64,000 nt of DNA from Eledone cirrhosa (taxonomy: Eukaryota). The first letter of the stretch is position 1; every line of letters begins with the position of its first letter. The notes beneath the pieces are model-generated. The model searched no databases. It was not told where the DNA came from and saw nothing but the letters and a program-made list of their open reading frames with translations. Made by a program: the position numbers and the translations under genes. Positions 11,446 to 24,980 of the stretch are shown here, piece after piece. The stretch spans positions 1 to 64,000 of the forward strand of contig CAXHJY010000437.1 in the NCBI GenBank assembly GCA_964016885.1. Direction: 5' to 3'.

Positions 11446-12696
11446 TTTAGATGGCAAGTTGTGCTTTGAGAAATTTGGCTGCTATTTCTAGCAGGTCAAG
11501 TAAATCACATAGGTGTGTGGGGGGGGGGGGGGGGGCAACAGGAGCAACAGTAGAGGTAGCAGCAGCTGAAATTTATTGATCTATCGACTATCTGGAGAGT
11601 AGTTTCATAGTTTCATGCTAAAAATTCGAAGACCTTTAAAAAGTTTAAAAGAGAAAAACAATTTTTGGTAACAGAAAAGAAACACATCGGAAATTATATC
11701 AGAATCTATTAAAGGAAGTGTTTCTTCTTGAAATGGCATATTTCTTAGAAGTTTATAATTCATTCATCTGCTGGGGTTTTTTTTAAAATTAATACTTTAT
11801 TTTTATATATCTATATATTTACTTATATATGTTATATATATTTGTTTTGAAACATTACCATTTGGAGACCTGCAGCCAGTCTTTTTTAAACATATATTAT
11901 GTCTGCAAAATGTTGTAGAATGACATGAAACACAGACTTATTCATATGAACATTGACATAAAAAGTAGCAAACATATATACTTATATATCTATGTGCATG
12001 TGAATGCACATGTTTGTGCATATATCTATACCTATATATGTGTGTGTGTGTATGTATATATGTATGCATATATATGTATGTGTATGTATGTATATGTGTG
12101 TATGTATGTATATGTCTGTATGTATGTATATGTGTGTATGTATATATGTGTGTGTGTATATATGTATATATGTGTGTGTGTGTGTATATAGACATATATA
12201 TATGTTATATTTGCGGAGGGTCATATTGTTATAATTTTGTATTTGTCTTTAGTTTTTGGATATCATGTATTTGATATAGTGTGACTAAGAAACCAGGTGA
12301 ATATGAAATTTGGAAATTCCCAGAGTATCTTCTGCTTGAATAACATATAGTTAAGTGATGTTAACAATATTTGTGGTGGTGTGTTGAAAATAATTTTTAA
12401 TTAATTGCAGTTATAACTCTAATAATAAGAAAAATCATAAATGTTAATGAAAATTATCCTGAGAAAGGAATAAAAGAGGTTCATTAAGACCGGAATATGT
12501 TCTGAGTTGTTACCATGACTGCTAAAGACCATTCCTTATCCTGAAAATCTCAATTTAATTTTTGGCTGATTGAAAATTTGGGAGTTTTAACCTTTAAGAG
12601 AATAATATTCTTTGTGGCTATTGATTTTTCTTCCAATTTAGGTTAGAATTTCAATTAATTAAACAATTATTTCTAGCTCACCACCTCATACATATG

Positions 12697-12870
12697 TATC
12701 ATCATCATCATCATACGTTCGCTTTTCCCTACTTGCAAGGGTGGGACGGGTCCTCTTCAACACAGTATCTCTCAATCCGTCACGATCCTTCGTGATCTCC
12801 TCTGTGAGCTTCAGTGATCTGAGGTCAGCTCTCAGCGCCTCCACCCATGTTTTCCATGGTCTTCCTTCCA
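12697..12870 (-). mobile_element. RTE family C 3' fragment; ORF runs directly into the tail
   Basis: GRPWKTWVEALRADL..DRDGLRDTVLKRTRPT followed immediately by (GAT)n. Confidence 0.75.
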
Positions 12871-13060
12871 CTGTAATGTATTGTAAATGATGACTATATA
12901 ATAGTTTCATCTTTATTATGAAGGTTTCGGCCATAATTTCATAGGAACTCTTTGCAGTTTCTTTGGAACACTAAAGTTCCTAAACCCATCATCAATGTTT
13001 TTAGTGTTTTATATCTTCAAGACACAGTGATGTTGGCATATGTAGCTAATTCATTATTGT

Positions 13061-13248
13061 GGGATTGGCAGTATCAGTAGAGGGTCGGGCGCCATGCTTT
13101 GAAGCATAGAGTTACCTCCCTTTATGATCTGAGTTCAAATCCCGCCGAGGTTAACTTCGCCTTTCATCCTTACGTGGTCAATAAAATAAAGTACAAGTAA
13201 TGCACTGGGATAATTGCTGGCCTTGTGCCAAAAGTAGAGACAGTTATT
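13061..13248 (+). mobile_element. SINE family 1
   Basis: Matches family; ttattgtggg duplicated on both sides. Confidence 0.85.
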
Positions 13249-15385
13249 GTGGGCAAGAACAATATGATTGTTGTACATTACCACTGTTATTTGATTTAGA
13301 CATCAAGAGCCAGTTGTTTATTTTTGTTTGTGACTAATCTATATTATTTACATCTTTGTTGTTACACACTGCTGTATTATGAGTATTGTTTCTAATATTA
13401 ACCCTCTTTACTTCTGTAGGATATACTGTGGAGTATTAATTTGTTGTCCACTAATGTTTTCCTATATAATTTTATTTTGCGTTTTATCGTGCATTGTGAT
13501 TGCTCCTGTCTTAATACAAGACAATTGTGAATTACATCAGTTTTTGTGTATTTTGATTCCATGAAGTTAACGACCTCATATATTGATTTTTTTTTTCCTT
13601 TTATCTCAGCAACATTTCATGTTCACACTACACACACGACTCCAAAGAGTTTGCTCTTCCCGACATGTGAATATCACTAGTGACTTTCAAAACACATTGT
13701 TATACACAGCACTAGTTCTATAATATGAATGTTATTGAAAATAGATACCTTTCTGTGTGAATTTCTGTTTCTTCACAAACTTCTGGAAGTAAACTTTTGC
13801 TGTTTAACCACATTGAATTATCATATTATCGTACCACTTAGTATATAGGAAATAAAACAAAACTTATATATATAAATATATACATATATACTTTATTGTT
13901 GGCTCTCACTTCTATATTTTCTACAGTAGCATGTGAAAATAAATGTGAAATGAGGAATGCTGCTTTATCTAATAGGATTTATAGCTGAATGAAAGAAGAA
14001 ATAAATCTGTTCAAAACAGACAAAAGAACATTACATTATTTTTTCTCATTTTTCTCTTTTTCTCTCTTGCCCCACTTCCATCTCTCTCTCTTTTCTAAGT
14101 ATAACTTAAGTATATAATATCTGGTATTCAGAGATGCAATACATTATAAAGGCAAAATATTTAAATAAATTAAGGATACAATTGAATCCTCTGACTTCAG
14201 GGATAAACGTGATTAATAAGTTATCTAATGACATTACTTGTCTTCATCTTATTATGCAAACCAAACAAGTACAATCCGTTTAAATTGCCTAAACAAAGTG
14301 ACACTTGAAGCCATGTCGTTTGTATGCAGTCAATTAACCAGAGACATAATTAAGCACTTTTCAAAAGGCTTCATAGCAATTTTCAGACAACTGAATTATT
14401 CAATTGTATCTGTTGAGGTTACTGATGGTGGTTGTCATGTTAGATTGTCACACATCACTTAAGCTTACTTCAGTTTCAGCTTTTGTCTGAGAAACTAAAT
14501 TAAGCAATTTGAAAACCATTGCCCTCGTGAATTGTAAATGGCTTTTGGTTAAACTGTGTTTGATTAGAAAAGAAAATTAGTTAATAACATTTTCATTGTG
14601 TGCTTTCTAAACCTCTTTAGTCTAGCATGAAGTCACCTATATAACATCATTATTATTTGCTACCTTGCTTCGAAGATATTATCAAATCCAACCACCAGGT
14701 TGCTCTGATACTGGAAGGTCAGGAGCTTAATCATCTATTAGAGCTTTCATCTCCCACACATTATTTTTGACCTGATATTTACGTTGTCAGGCCATCATGC
14801 ACTAATTGAGCTATAGATATAATAATAATAATAATAACATTAACAACAACTATTGTAATAATAATAAATAATCTATGCCTCTAATTATTACTGCTAATCT
14901 CAAGAAGCCTAGCTGATTGCTAATAGAGAAAACAGAAAAGAAAAAGAAAAAAAAAAGAATTTATAACATTTGTGATGGTGGAAGATTGGAATTAAGAATA
15001 AAATACATTCTGAGTGTAATTGCTGTAATTAATGTGTTAGATTTAAATTGACAGGTCCTGACAGATACCAGCTACAAGTACAGGCACATTTTAAAAACTA
15101 TATAATGCAGTATCTGGATGTTGTTGTTGTTGTTGTTGTGATGGTGGTGGTGTGGTGTTGATGATGGTGGTGGTGGTGGCAGTAGTGGTTGTAGTGGTCT
15201 TCATTGTTGTCATTGTTGTTATCATTACCATGGTGGTGCTCATGATGTTGATGATAATTTTCATTTTTAAATTTTCATATTTATCAGCTTATATAATCAA
15301 GAGTGTTTGCATTGACAAATGATTTATGTAAAGAGATATTTAGCAAAACTAATTAATGATAGTGATAATGATGATGATGATGATA

Positions 15386-15565
15386 ATGGTTTCTGATTTA
15401 GGTACAAGGACAGCAATTTTGGGGGAAGGGAAAGTCAATAAAATGAACCCCAGTATATTACTGGTGCTTTACTTTATTGACCCCGTAAGGATGAAAGGCA
15501 AAGCTAACCTCAGCGGGATTTGAAATCAGAACGTAAAGGGCCATAACTCTATGTCGCAAATCATA
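15386..15565 (-). mobile_element. SINE family 1, diverged
   Basis: ccccgtaaggatgaaaggcaaagctaacctcagcgggatttgaa core. Confidence 0.75.
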
Positions 15566-16633
15566 TTCCCAGTTTTTTAATGCGAGACCATTCCTAAGCG
15601 GGTGGTTTGGGAATTCCTGAGGGATGTAACTTTGCTCAGAACTGCCCTATACGAGACAAATCACCACATCACAATAATAATTATTATTATTTTGTTGGCC
15701 ACCAGGGGCCTATACATATAAAACAAGATGTAGTATGCAAATATGCCACAAAATTTAGGGAAATGTGCATACATAAAATACACAAAGAGGATGGGAAACA
15801 GTCTAATATATTGAAGTTAAATCACAAACATGGGAAGATGTCACTGAGGTAGAATCAAAATGCACAACAACTCTGACCACTTTTTGTTCCCATCACCTTC
15901 TGTAAACTGGGTTCTCCAAATTTATCTGTGAGCATTTTTTAGCCTTAGCTGAGCTGTGAAGAGTCTGATAGCATCTGAGTAAGGGCCACTTAACTGTTGA
16001 TAGACCACTCATGTGATCTTCAACAAACACCTATCATCTAGGTTAAAGGTTCTCAACGGGGGGAGGGGGTATCGTAGCTCCAGGGGGGCATTATGCAATA
16101 AGGGGGCGTTTGAAACTTTGAGGGCACTAGAAGCCACTTTAGTTTGGTAAGTTTATAAGTCATATTTGTACTTCTCTTAGACAGTCAGTGATTTGAATGA
16201 AGAAAACAAAGAAAATAAATTAAAGAAGCTTGTCAACGAATTCCCTAGGGAGATAAAAGAAAATCAAAAGAAATCAAAGAGAATGAGAGTAAGGACTACT
16301 TCAACAGAAATGACAAGAAGAAGCAATGGTGGTGAACATACACACACATACATACATACATACACACACATACATACACACACACACACATATATACACA
16401 CACAGGCCGGCATTAGTGTTTGATGAAGTTGAGAACCTGGTCAGCTTTCAGCCAGAAGTGTGGTATTTAATCTCCCTAGGTAATAAAATCTGGCGACAAA
16501 AATTTTCTCTTTACCAAAAAAAGAAGACATAGATCATATCAACATCCTTACACACTTAAATATAAATGCATGTATATATATACAAATGTATAAAAGCATA
16601 GCTATATACATACGTAAATGTATGTATATATGT

Positions 16634-18118
16634 ATCATCATCATCATCATCATCATCAACGTTTAACGTCCGTGTTCCACGCTTGCATGGGTTTGGACGG
16701 GGGTAGTCCCACTTGAGGCAAGAGTGATTGTCTTGCTCGCATAGGACTGTCTGGCAGGTTTTCTACAGTTGGATGCCCTTCCTAACACCAACCACATTTA
16801 CAGTGTGGGTCTGGGAGGTTTTTACCGTGTTGCCTACACGGCCACATTACAGCGTGGACTGTGTGTTTTTTTGTCGTGACACCTACACGATCTCATTTGT
16901 TTCGGCCTCGATGGCGCGGCACCAACATAACTTTACATAGAACGGGGTGGTGTGGATGGGGTGGGGTGGTGGTGGTGGGACGGGGTGTATTTTGTTAGAG
17001 ATGCCTACTGGCTGGAGTAGGTTTTACTATATATTTAGGTAAGGCGGGTCTTCTCTGTTACTGAGTACCGCCAAAGGTCTCGGTCCAGTGACATTGTCTT
17101 GGAGAGGTGTAAGTGTGTGATGTCGGAGTTTATCAGCTCGTCCCAGGTTTTTCTAGGTCTGCCTATTCCGTGACTACCATCTATCTTTATTGCCCTGCAC
17201 TTTGTTATACAGCTATCGACTTTCATGCGCATCACGTGTCCATACCAACGTAGCCTTCTCTCGAGTAAACAACATCTGATCCCTCTTATCTCTAATTTTT
17301 TCCTTAGTTCGTTTATGCTTTGCCGTTCACGTATATTACTGTTACACATCCAGCGGAGCATGCAAGCTTCGTTCCTCTCTAGTCTGCGTATATCCTCTGC
17401 ACACAATGCCCAGGTCTCACTGCCATGCAGCATTGCTGTTCGTATGCAGGCATCGTACAACCTGCCTTTCATTTTTAGGGAGAACCCTTTAGCAGCTAAT
17501 AGTGGTATAAGCTCTCTGAACTTTTTCCAACCAGTTCTGACTTTAGCTACAGTACTTTCAGAGCACCCTCCCCCACTGCTGATTTTATCGCCCAGGTAAC
17601 GGAAGCTGTCCACTATTTCTATAGAACCCTCTGCGCAATTGAAAGAGCTAGTATTTTGTGGGCACTTGCTGCTACTTATTGCACCAGAGCACCGGCCACA
17701 TGTAAAATCTATGTTCTTAGTTAGCTTACCTGTGATCCCACTACATCTTTTATGCACCCATACTTTGCATTTAGGACATAAAATGGAGTTTCTACCTACG
17801 CCTTTCCTACACACCGAGCACGACCATTTCCCCGAAGGGACCGCCGCCTTGTTTTCTTTCCTACAAACTAGTACTTTGGTCTTAGCCAGGTTAATTTTAA
17901 GTCCTTTTGACTCTAGGCCGTGCTTCCATGTTTGGAATTTCTTCTCTAGCTCGGCCATTGATTCCGCTATGAGTGTCAGGTCGTCTGCGTATAGGAGTTC
18001 CCATGGGCAGCCTGTCTTGAACTCCTCTGTTATAGCCTGAAGGGCAATAATAAATAGTAGTGGGCTGAGAACAGAGCCCTGATGGACGCCAACTTTTACG
18101 CTAAACTCTTCACTCTTC
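16634..18118 (-). mobile_element. RTE family A, 5'-truncated in RT
   Basis: ORF 17035-18240(-): GVHQGSVLSP, YADD, PHD finger, C-terminus; UTR and tail. Confidence 0.92.
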
Positions 18119-18195
18119 ACTATATTCGTATGTATGTAGATATATATATATATATATACATATAAATCTACATACATACATACATACATACATAC

Positions 18196-19012
18196 AAACA
18201 CAGACCATAGAGGGGATAAACCACTCAAAAAGCCTGGCATGGAGTTCCGACAAGTTTATGACATCACACCTTGAGGGATATCTCTATGCAATACAGGAAC
18301 AAGAACTCCCTACCAAATATCTGCTGCACAAAAGAGGAGGGCCAGCAGCTGACAATAAATGTAGGCTATGTAAAACAAAGATCGAGGATGTAAGCCACAT
18401 TGTTGCCAGCTGCGAAAGAATGTCATCTCGCTACTACCTCTCCATGAGACACGATGGGATAGCTAGAACTATCTGGAACGCACTTCGGAAAACAAAATTA
18501 ACAACAAACGAGGAAGAATATATTGAGACAGATGGCACTAAGGAATACTGGTGGAACCTGAAAATAAAAACTGCCACCAAATTAAAGCACAACCGGCCTG
18601 ATATTGTAGTTTGGGACCACACATTGAAAACGTGTTCTGTTGTGGAGATCAGCTGCCCACTTGATGTAAACGTTGTCAGAAAAATACAGGAGAAGGAGGA
18701 CATCTACGGACCATTGATGAGGAGCTTACAAATCTAGTATCCAAGATACACCTTTAGCTTCATACCCATCATTATTGGTGCTACGGGTTATATACCAACC
18801 CGCTTGGACCAAAGTATGACCGAACTTGGATTTGCGGACAAAAAGCGCAGCTCCCTAATTCATAGTCTACAAATGGCTGCGATAGCTGGCACCTTCAAAA
18901 TATGCAAAACATTCTTGCGATTCAAGGGATGACAATTTCTTTTCTTTTACAACCTTGCCACCAGGAAGGTGGCCGGTCAAAAAAATATACTCGAAATTAA
19001 GAGAAAGAGAAA
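18196..19012 (+). mobile_element. 3' fragment of an RLE-type non-LTR retrotransposon (R4/Dong/NeSL-like)
   Basis: AIQEQ, CRLC..E..SHIVASC zinc knuckle, RHD, HNRPDIVV..VVEISCP (PD..E/D nuclease); after the stop at 18735 the frame continues IPIIIGATGYI..to 18932; flanked by (CATA)n. Confidence 0.85.
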
Positions 19013-19043
<31 letters not shown>

Positions 19044-19226
19044 TAAATCTACATACATACATACATATATACATACATACATTTACGTATATATATAGCT
19101 ATGCATTTATACATTTGTGTATATATATACATGCATTTATATTTAAGTGTGTAACGTTATATATATATGTGTGTATAATATATATATATTACACACACAC
19201 ACACACACACGCATATATGTATATAT

Positions 19227-19345
19227 GCAGTGTGGCAACAAGCTTGTTTCCCAACCACATACTTCCGGGTTCAGTCCCACTGCCCGAGCCGACCAAAGCT
19301 CTGTGAGTGGATTTGATAGATCGAAACTAAAAGCCCATCGTATAT
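19227..19345 (+). mobile_element. tRNA-derived SINE family 2, internally deleted
   Basis: gggttcagtccc B-box-like; ccgaccaaagctctgtgagtggatttgatagatcgaaact body; a related segment lies inverted near 39800-39838. Confidence 0.6.
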
Positions 19346-19474
19346 ATGTATATATGTCTGTGTGTGTCTTTGTGTTTGCCCTCCCACCAATGCTTTTTGG
19401 TTTGTTGATGTCCCCATAACTTACCAAGGTGATGCTCCAGCATGGGCGTAGTCCAGAGACAGAAAAAAAGTAAA

Positions 19475-19519
<45 letters not shown>

Positions 19520-19520
19520 A

Positions 19521-19924
19521 GAGGGGTCTCAAACTCAAGGACACAAAAGGGCTATTACGCCATGGAGGAGAGGCACAGTGGGCCAAACGTGGTGGTGGGT
19601 GAACATTTTCACCAGTTATAATCATTTCTACTATAGGAACAAGGCATGAAATTTGGGGTTTAGGGTTCAGTCGATTGCATCGATCCTAGTACACAACTGG
19701 TACTTAATTCATCGACCCCAAAAGGATGTAAGGCAAAGTTGAGATCGGCGGAATTTGAACTCAGAACGTAAAAACGGAAGAAGTACGGTTAAGCATTTCG
19801 CCAGATGTGCTAACATTTCACCAGCTCGCCACCTTATTTTCACCAGTTATAATGCGATATGAAATATTGGTTCTACCACGGGCCACAGATAAGTAGTTCG
19901 CGGACCGCATGTGTGAGCCCCCTG
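19521..19924. mobile_element. Probable hAT-type MITE with a nested SINE
   Basis: Ends aggggtctcaaac ... tgagccccctg; gcggaccgca/gggccaca subterminal motifs; TSD not recognisable. Confidence 0.45.
19621..19836 (-). mobile_element. SINE family 1-related
   Basis: cgaccccaaaaggatgtaaggcaaagttgagatcggcggaatttgaactc core; TSD ttttcaccagttataat on both sides. Confidence 0.75.
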
Positions 19925-21274
19925 TTGGAGATAGATAGATAGACGTATACCAAACACACACACATTTCTTACTCTCTCTGTCTCTCCCTCTTTCTCTCCT
20001 CATTTATATATATGTGTGTGTGTGTGGAGCGTTATTTGGCGTTGTTGAAAAGAGCTGTGGCCTTTGACCTGGCAATAAAATACTGTAGACAAAATCCTTT
20101 CTGTACCCAAACCAAGGCGCACGCACACACAAGTTTGTGTGTGTGTGTATATAAGGGGTAAAAATATTGCTTTCTCAGTCACCAAGCTTCTCAATTCATT
20201 CCTTACTACTTATTTTGCTACGAGGTATATTATTTTGCAAGGTACTATTTTTCCCCTGAGTTTGTGATTTCAGAGAAAGGTAAGAAATTCTTCATATTTT
20301 GCATCTTTTGTATTTTGACTTTGCAGTTTCAATTGTCTATCCACTCAAAATATTACAACAGCTAACAGTGAAATATAGAATTTAAAAAAAAAAAGGCTTT
20401 TTCGACTGAGATCAAATGTTTGTTTCTATTTCAAAAATATATAATTTGAAATAGCTTGCTTTTGTTTTGGACTGAAACTTTTTTGTATTTAATTCGTACG
20501 AGTATTTTTTAAAGAATCTAAGATAACTTGATTTGGCCCAGTAATCTACTGATATCAAAATCAGTAGTATATTAAAAAATGGAAAAATAGGGTAGGGGGC
20601 GTTTCGTGATTTTGAGGGGCAAAAGGGGGCGGGGCGTTTGGCCAAAATGGGTTGAGAACCTTTGATCTAGGTCATCTGATATTTATTTCCCATTTCTTTC
20701 TTAATCCACACACTATGTAGTTTGTTCTCTTTTAAGTAGCATCCCCAAATGAAGTAATATATGGCTAACATACCCAATTACTATGACGTTCAGGTATTCC
20801 AGTGGAGTGAAAATTTCCAGCTCCTTACTTCCTTTTTTGTCTGAGTGGACTGAGGGATTTCTTTTTTTTTTTTTTTTACTATCTCTTACAATTTCCCATC
20901 TCTGCACTTATCATCTGTTCATACAGTGCCTCAAAGGTGACAAAAAGCCAAAGGTCAGTGATCCTCATATTTCTTTCTCCTATTTACTGTAGTACAAGCC
21001 TATAAGCAGGTGTGCCAGTCTCTCCACCCAGCCTTCAGTCATAAACATCAAACACATACTTCCATGTACCTTGCTATTGGTGATGAGGTCTATACTCTGC
21101 TACACATGAGCCAGAACTTCCTCCAACTCCTCTTTTGGGGATACATCGATGCCCCCCTCCCTCTACTTTTTCAAACCAGATGTATCATTTTCGTCCATGC
21201 CTTTTTTAGGGGGAAACCTACTTGTTCAAAGAGGCACTCTGTTTTGTGAAATATCTTTGCCATGTTTTTTTTAT

Positions 21275-21480
21275 TTGCTACATTTGGCACAAGGCCAGCA
21301 ATTTGAAGTGGGGGAGGTGGGAATTGATTAAATCGACCCAAGTGTGTCACTGGTACTTTATTTTATTGACCCCATAAGTATGAAAGACTAAGCTAACATC
21401 AGCGGGATTTGAACTGAGAATGTAAAGGGCCATAACTCTATGCCACAAAGTATAGTACCAATACTGCCAATCCACCACCC
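21275..21480 (-). mobile_element. SINE family 1, diverged
   Basis: gcgggatttgaact..atactgccaatccacc. Confidence 0.75.
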
Positions 21481-23110
21481 TACAAATACTATTAATAATA
21501 ACAATAATTTCTATTATTTGCGACAAGGTCAAAAGATGAGTAGACATTAAGAGGACAATAATGATAGTAATAACAATTTTCTGATTTGATTAGTATGTGT
21601 AAAATATGAACATGATCATTGTTTGAACTATTTGAAGCTAATTGACATTCTTGTAATGAATGATTTATTTCACATTATACAAAGTTAATGTGAGCACATT
21701 AGCATAACGATAGGCATCCAGCAAATGAACTATGTGAAGCAGATTAAATGTTCAGTCATTTCATTTCTCTTAGACATTGTACTTGTGGTTTCTTGCTATA
21801 GACAATTGAATGGAGGTAAATGGGCTTAACCATATTAACCTATCCAGTTATCTTAACAGAAGTTGAAGCCTTCAGTGATGATCGAACAAATTAGTAGGAG
21901 ACATAGGACAACAACAAAAATAGATTGAAGGCAATACTTAAATGAATCTCAAAAGGTTATTTCTTAATTAGGTGAAACAGCTAGACCACTCAAGGAATAC
22001 TTCTGCCACATCTTGGACAGAGCTTTTGCTACACATACAGGCAACCTAAATTGAATCCAAATTTTGGTAAAGACTAAATCACTAACATATTTCAACTATT
22101 TGTTGGTTTATTTTACTATTTTATTACAACCTTGTCTATAGTTGTAGTAATTTCACTTGCCAATTCGTTGGTAGTTTTTTTCTTTGACTGGCTTCATAGT
22201 TATTTATCTATATATCACTTTTCAGATCTTGTTATCTCGAAGTTGTTTTTTCCGAAATTGTGTTGTCTGCATATTGTGTCCCATTGACAAGTTCACTGGT
22301 AATTCTATCTCTGTTTGTCTATTATCTAATAATAGACTGTTTTACCTGAGCTGTTTATTTCTTTGATTGGTTCTGTAGTTGTCCATTAACTGCCTCTTGA
22401 TTACACTATTCATATCCTGTTTTGCTAAAATTCTATTTCAGTCTACTTCATGACATTTTATTTTATATTTGACATCACTAGTCATATGTTTATAAATTCT
22501 GTAAAAATTTGGATTCTATATCTACATAAGAAAACAAAAACATGCTACCCTAGAGAGTAAACAACAATATATCTAGAATTTATCTAGAACAATGAATTTC
22601 TGAAAACATACAATGAGATAGTCAGTAAAATTATTTATCAAGAATTTAATTTCACACATTTTAATTCATGTGGACACAACAGTAATGTTTCACTAGAATA
22701 AATTCATATATTCACTGTGACATATTAAGCCAACACATATAATTGTACTTTAGGAAAAAGGAAAGACCTTGCAGATCTTGTTTTAAACAAAGCTTTGTTT
22801 GTTCTTCAGACAAAGATTGAGCAGTTTTCTTTCTATTAATAGTCTCATTAAAACAAAAGTTAGATTATTTAGTACATCAAATGATAAAGAGATTAACACA
22901 CCTGATATATTTAATTGAATAGATAGATAATCAGGATTAACAAAGTAAACATGAGATGTAAAACCTTAGAAATTGTTAACAAAATGAATAAAAGTGCAAA
23001 GGTGCCAAATATTGAAACAATATTTGTTGTTATTGTTAGTGGTGGTGATGAATGTAAATTGTGTTTTAATATTTGACCTTACTATGCAAATTTTGTAAAC
23101 ACACACACAC

Positions 23111-23180
<70 letters not shown>

Positions 23181-23185
<5 letters not shown>

Positions 23186-24017
23186 ACTATTGGCCACTAA
23201 AGGTTTCTCTCTAAAAATGAAAGGCAGGCTGTATGATGCCTGCATACGAACAGTGAGACTTAGGCATTGTGTGCAGAGGATATACGCAGACTGGAGAGGA
23301 ATGAAGCTTACATGCTCCATTGAATGTGTAATAGTAATATATGTGAACGGCAAAGCATAAATGAACTAAGGGAGAAATTAGGAATAAGAGGGATCAGATG
23401 TTGTTTACTCGAGAGAAGACTACGTTGGTATGGTCATGTGATGCGCATGAAAGATGACAGCTGTATAAAAAAGTGCAGGGCGATAAAAATAGACGGTAGC
23501 TACGGAGTAGGCAGACCCAGAAAAAGCTGGGACGAATTGATAAATTCCGACCTCACACATTTACACCTCTCCAAGACAATGTCACTGGACCGAGATCTTT
23601 GGCGCTACACAGTAATACAGAAGACCCGCCTTGCCTAAGTACAAAGTGAAACCTACAGTCAGTAGGCACCTCTTAACAAAAATACACCCCGTCCCACTAC
23701 CCATACCCCATCCACACCACCCTTTTCGATGTAAAGTTATGTTGGTACCACAACATCCAGTCCGAAATAAATGAGATCATGTAGGTGTCACGACAAAAAA
23801 ACACAGTCCACGCTGTAATGTGGCCGTGTAGGTAACACGGTAAAAACCTCCCAGTCCACACTGTAAACGGGGTTGGTGTTAGGAAGGGCATCCAGCCGTA
23901 GAAAACCCGCCAGACAGTCCTGAGCAAGACAACCAATCTTGCCTCAAGTGGGACAACTCCCGTCCAAACCCATGCTAGCGTGGAAGATGGACGTTAAACA
24001 ATGATGATGATGATGAT
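23181..24017 (+). mobile_element. RTE family A, 5'-truncated and decayed
   Basis: KGFSLKMKGRLYDAC..RRLRWYGHVMR..KTRLA, 3' UTR, (GAT)n. Confidence 0.9.
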
Positions 24018-24861
24018 ATATATATAAGCCTCATGTTACAAGATAGATTGTAATAGAAGTGACAATTCATTGCAGTGAAGCAGCCAGCTATTAGAATAAA
24101 CTATGGTGAAATAAGGCTTTGTCAATGTTTCACCTTCACAAGAGATTTGGATAAAACACTATTATTGCTATATATCATCCTCCCTATTTGATGCTCACTT
24201 TCCCATGCTGTCATGGGTATGATGGGTTGTTATGAAGCATGTCTGTACTTAAACAAAGCTACTGTCTTCTTAGATGGGTTGAGGATATGTATCTTGCTTA
24301 ATACATTCCATTTTTGTTTGGTATCATCTTTATGGTTGGCTGCCCTTCCTAATGACAACAAACGTACAGTGCATTTTATCAATGCAGCATTACTAGAGAG
24401 GTTGTCAGTATCTTGATATGAGTGAAGAGTCCTCCATATCTGTGTTGTATATTATCATCATCATCATCATTTGACACCCCTTTTACATACTATCAAGAGT
24501 TTTACAACTCATTATAGACCATGTCAGTACTTAATCAAAGTCACTGATCTCTCAAACTGTCCAGGGACCCACTTCTTACTTATATATACTCCCACACTCA
24601 ACAGAGTAGAAAGATTGTCATGCCCTTCATACAACTGGTTAGCCCTCCCTCTTGACCTTTTCTGGTATCGTTTCTACAGCCTGGTGCCCTTTCTAACATC
24701 AACAACTTTACAGAGTGTACGGGGGGATGTTTTATTGTAGTACTGGCTCTGGGGGAGGGTGCCAGACATTGACACTACTGAATAAATATTAACTATTTGA
24801 GGTTTGAGGAGCCTCTTCAGCAAATCATTGAAGTCTTAGTCAACACCTTTTAAAGAATATA

Positions 24862-24980
24862 TATATAACAAAATTTAATATAGAAATGGCTTCTACAGGA
24901 CTAGAACTGTAGATGATTTCCTTCGAATGAAACAGCTCTAGTCCTGTAGAAGCCATTTCTATATTAGATTTTGTTGTATA
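24862..24980. repeat. Fold-back element of the same family as 8828-8943, centre partly deleted
   Basis: Arms 24862-24910 / 24932-24980; remnant aGATGA-tttccttcgaat-GAAACAG-ctctagtc-CTGTA-gaagcc; same downstream tail as 8953-9010. Confidence 0.8.

Larger units (their letters stand above)
16044..20664. mobile_element. hAT-superfamily DNA transposon remnant (Charlie-like) hosting nested insertions
   Basis: TIRs taaaggttctcaac (16044) / gttgagaacctttg (ends 20664); perfect 8-bp TSD ATCTAGGT at 16036-16043 and 20665-20672; G-rich subterminal motifs. Confidence 0.8.

Noticed and set aside
13585-13945. Polypyrimidine tract + AG followed by a short frame and AATAAA signals (possible terminal exon)
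   Set aside because: No recognisable protein or partner exon; such signals are common by chance in AT-rich DNA
14230-14620. Repeat-free stretch rich in TAAT/ATTA motifs (possible enhancer)
   Set aside because: Expected from base composition; conservation cannot be assessed here
20760-21260. Possible decayed L1/Tx1-like C-terminal fragment on the minus strand
   Set aside because: Too degenerate to recover a diagnostic motif by eye
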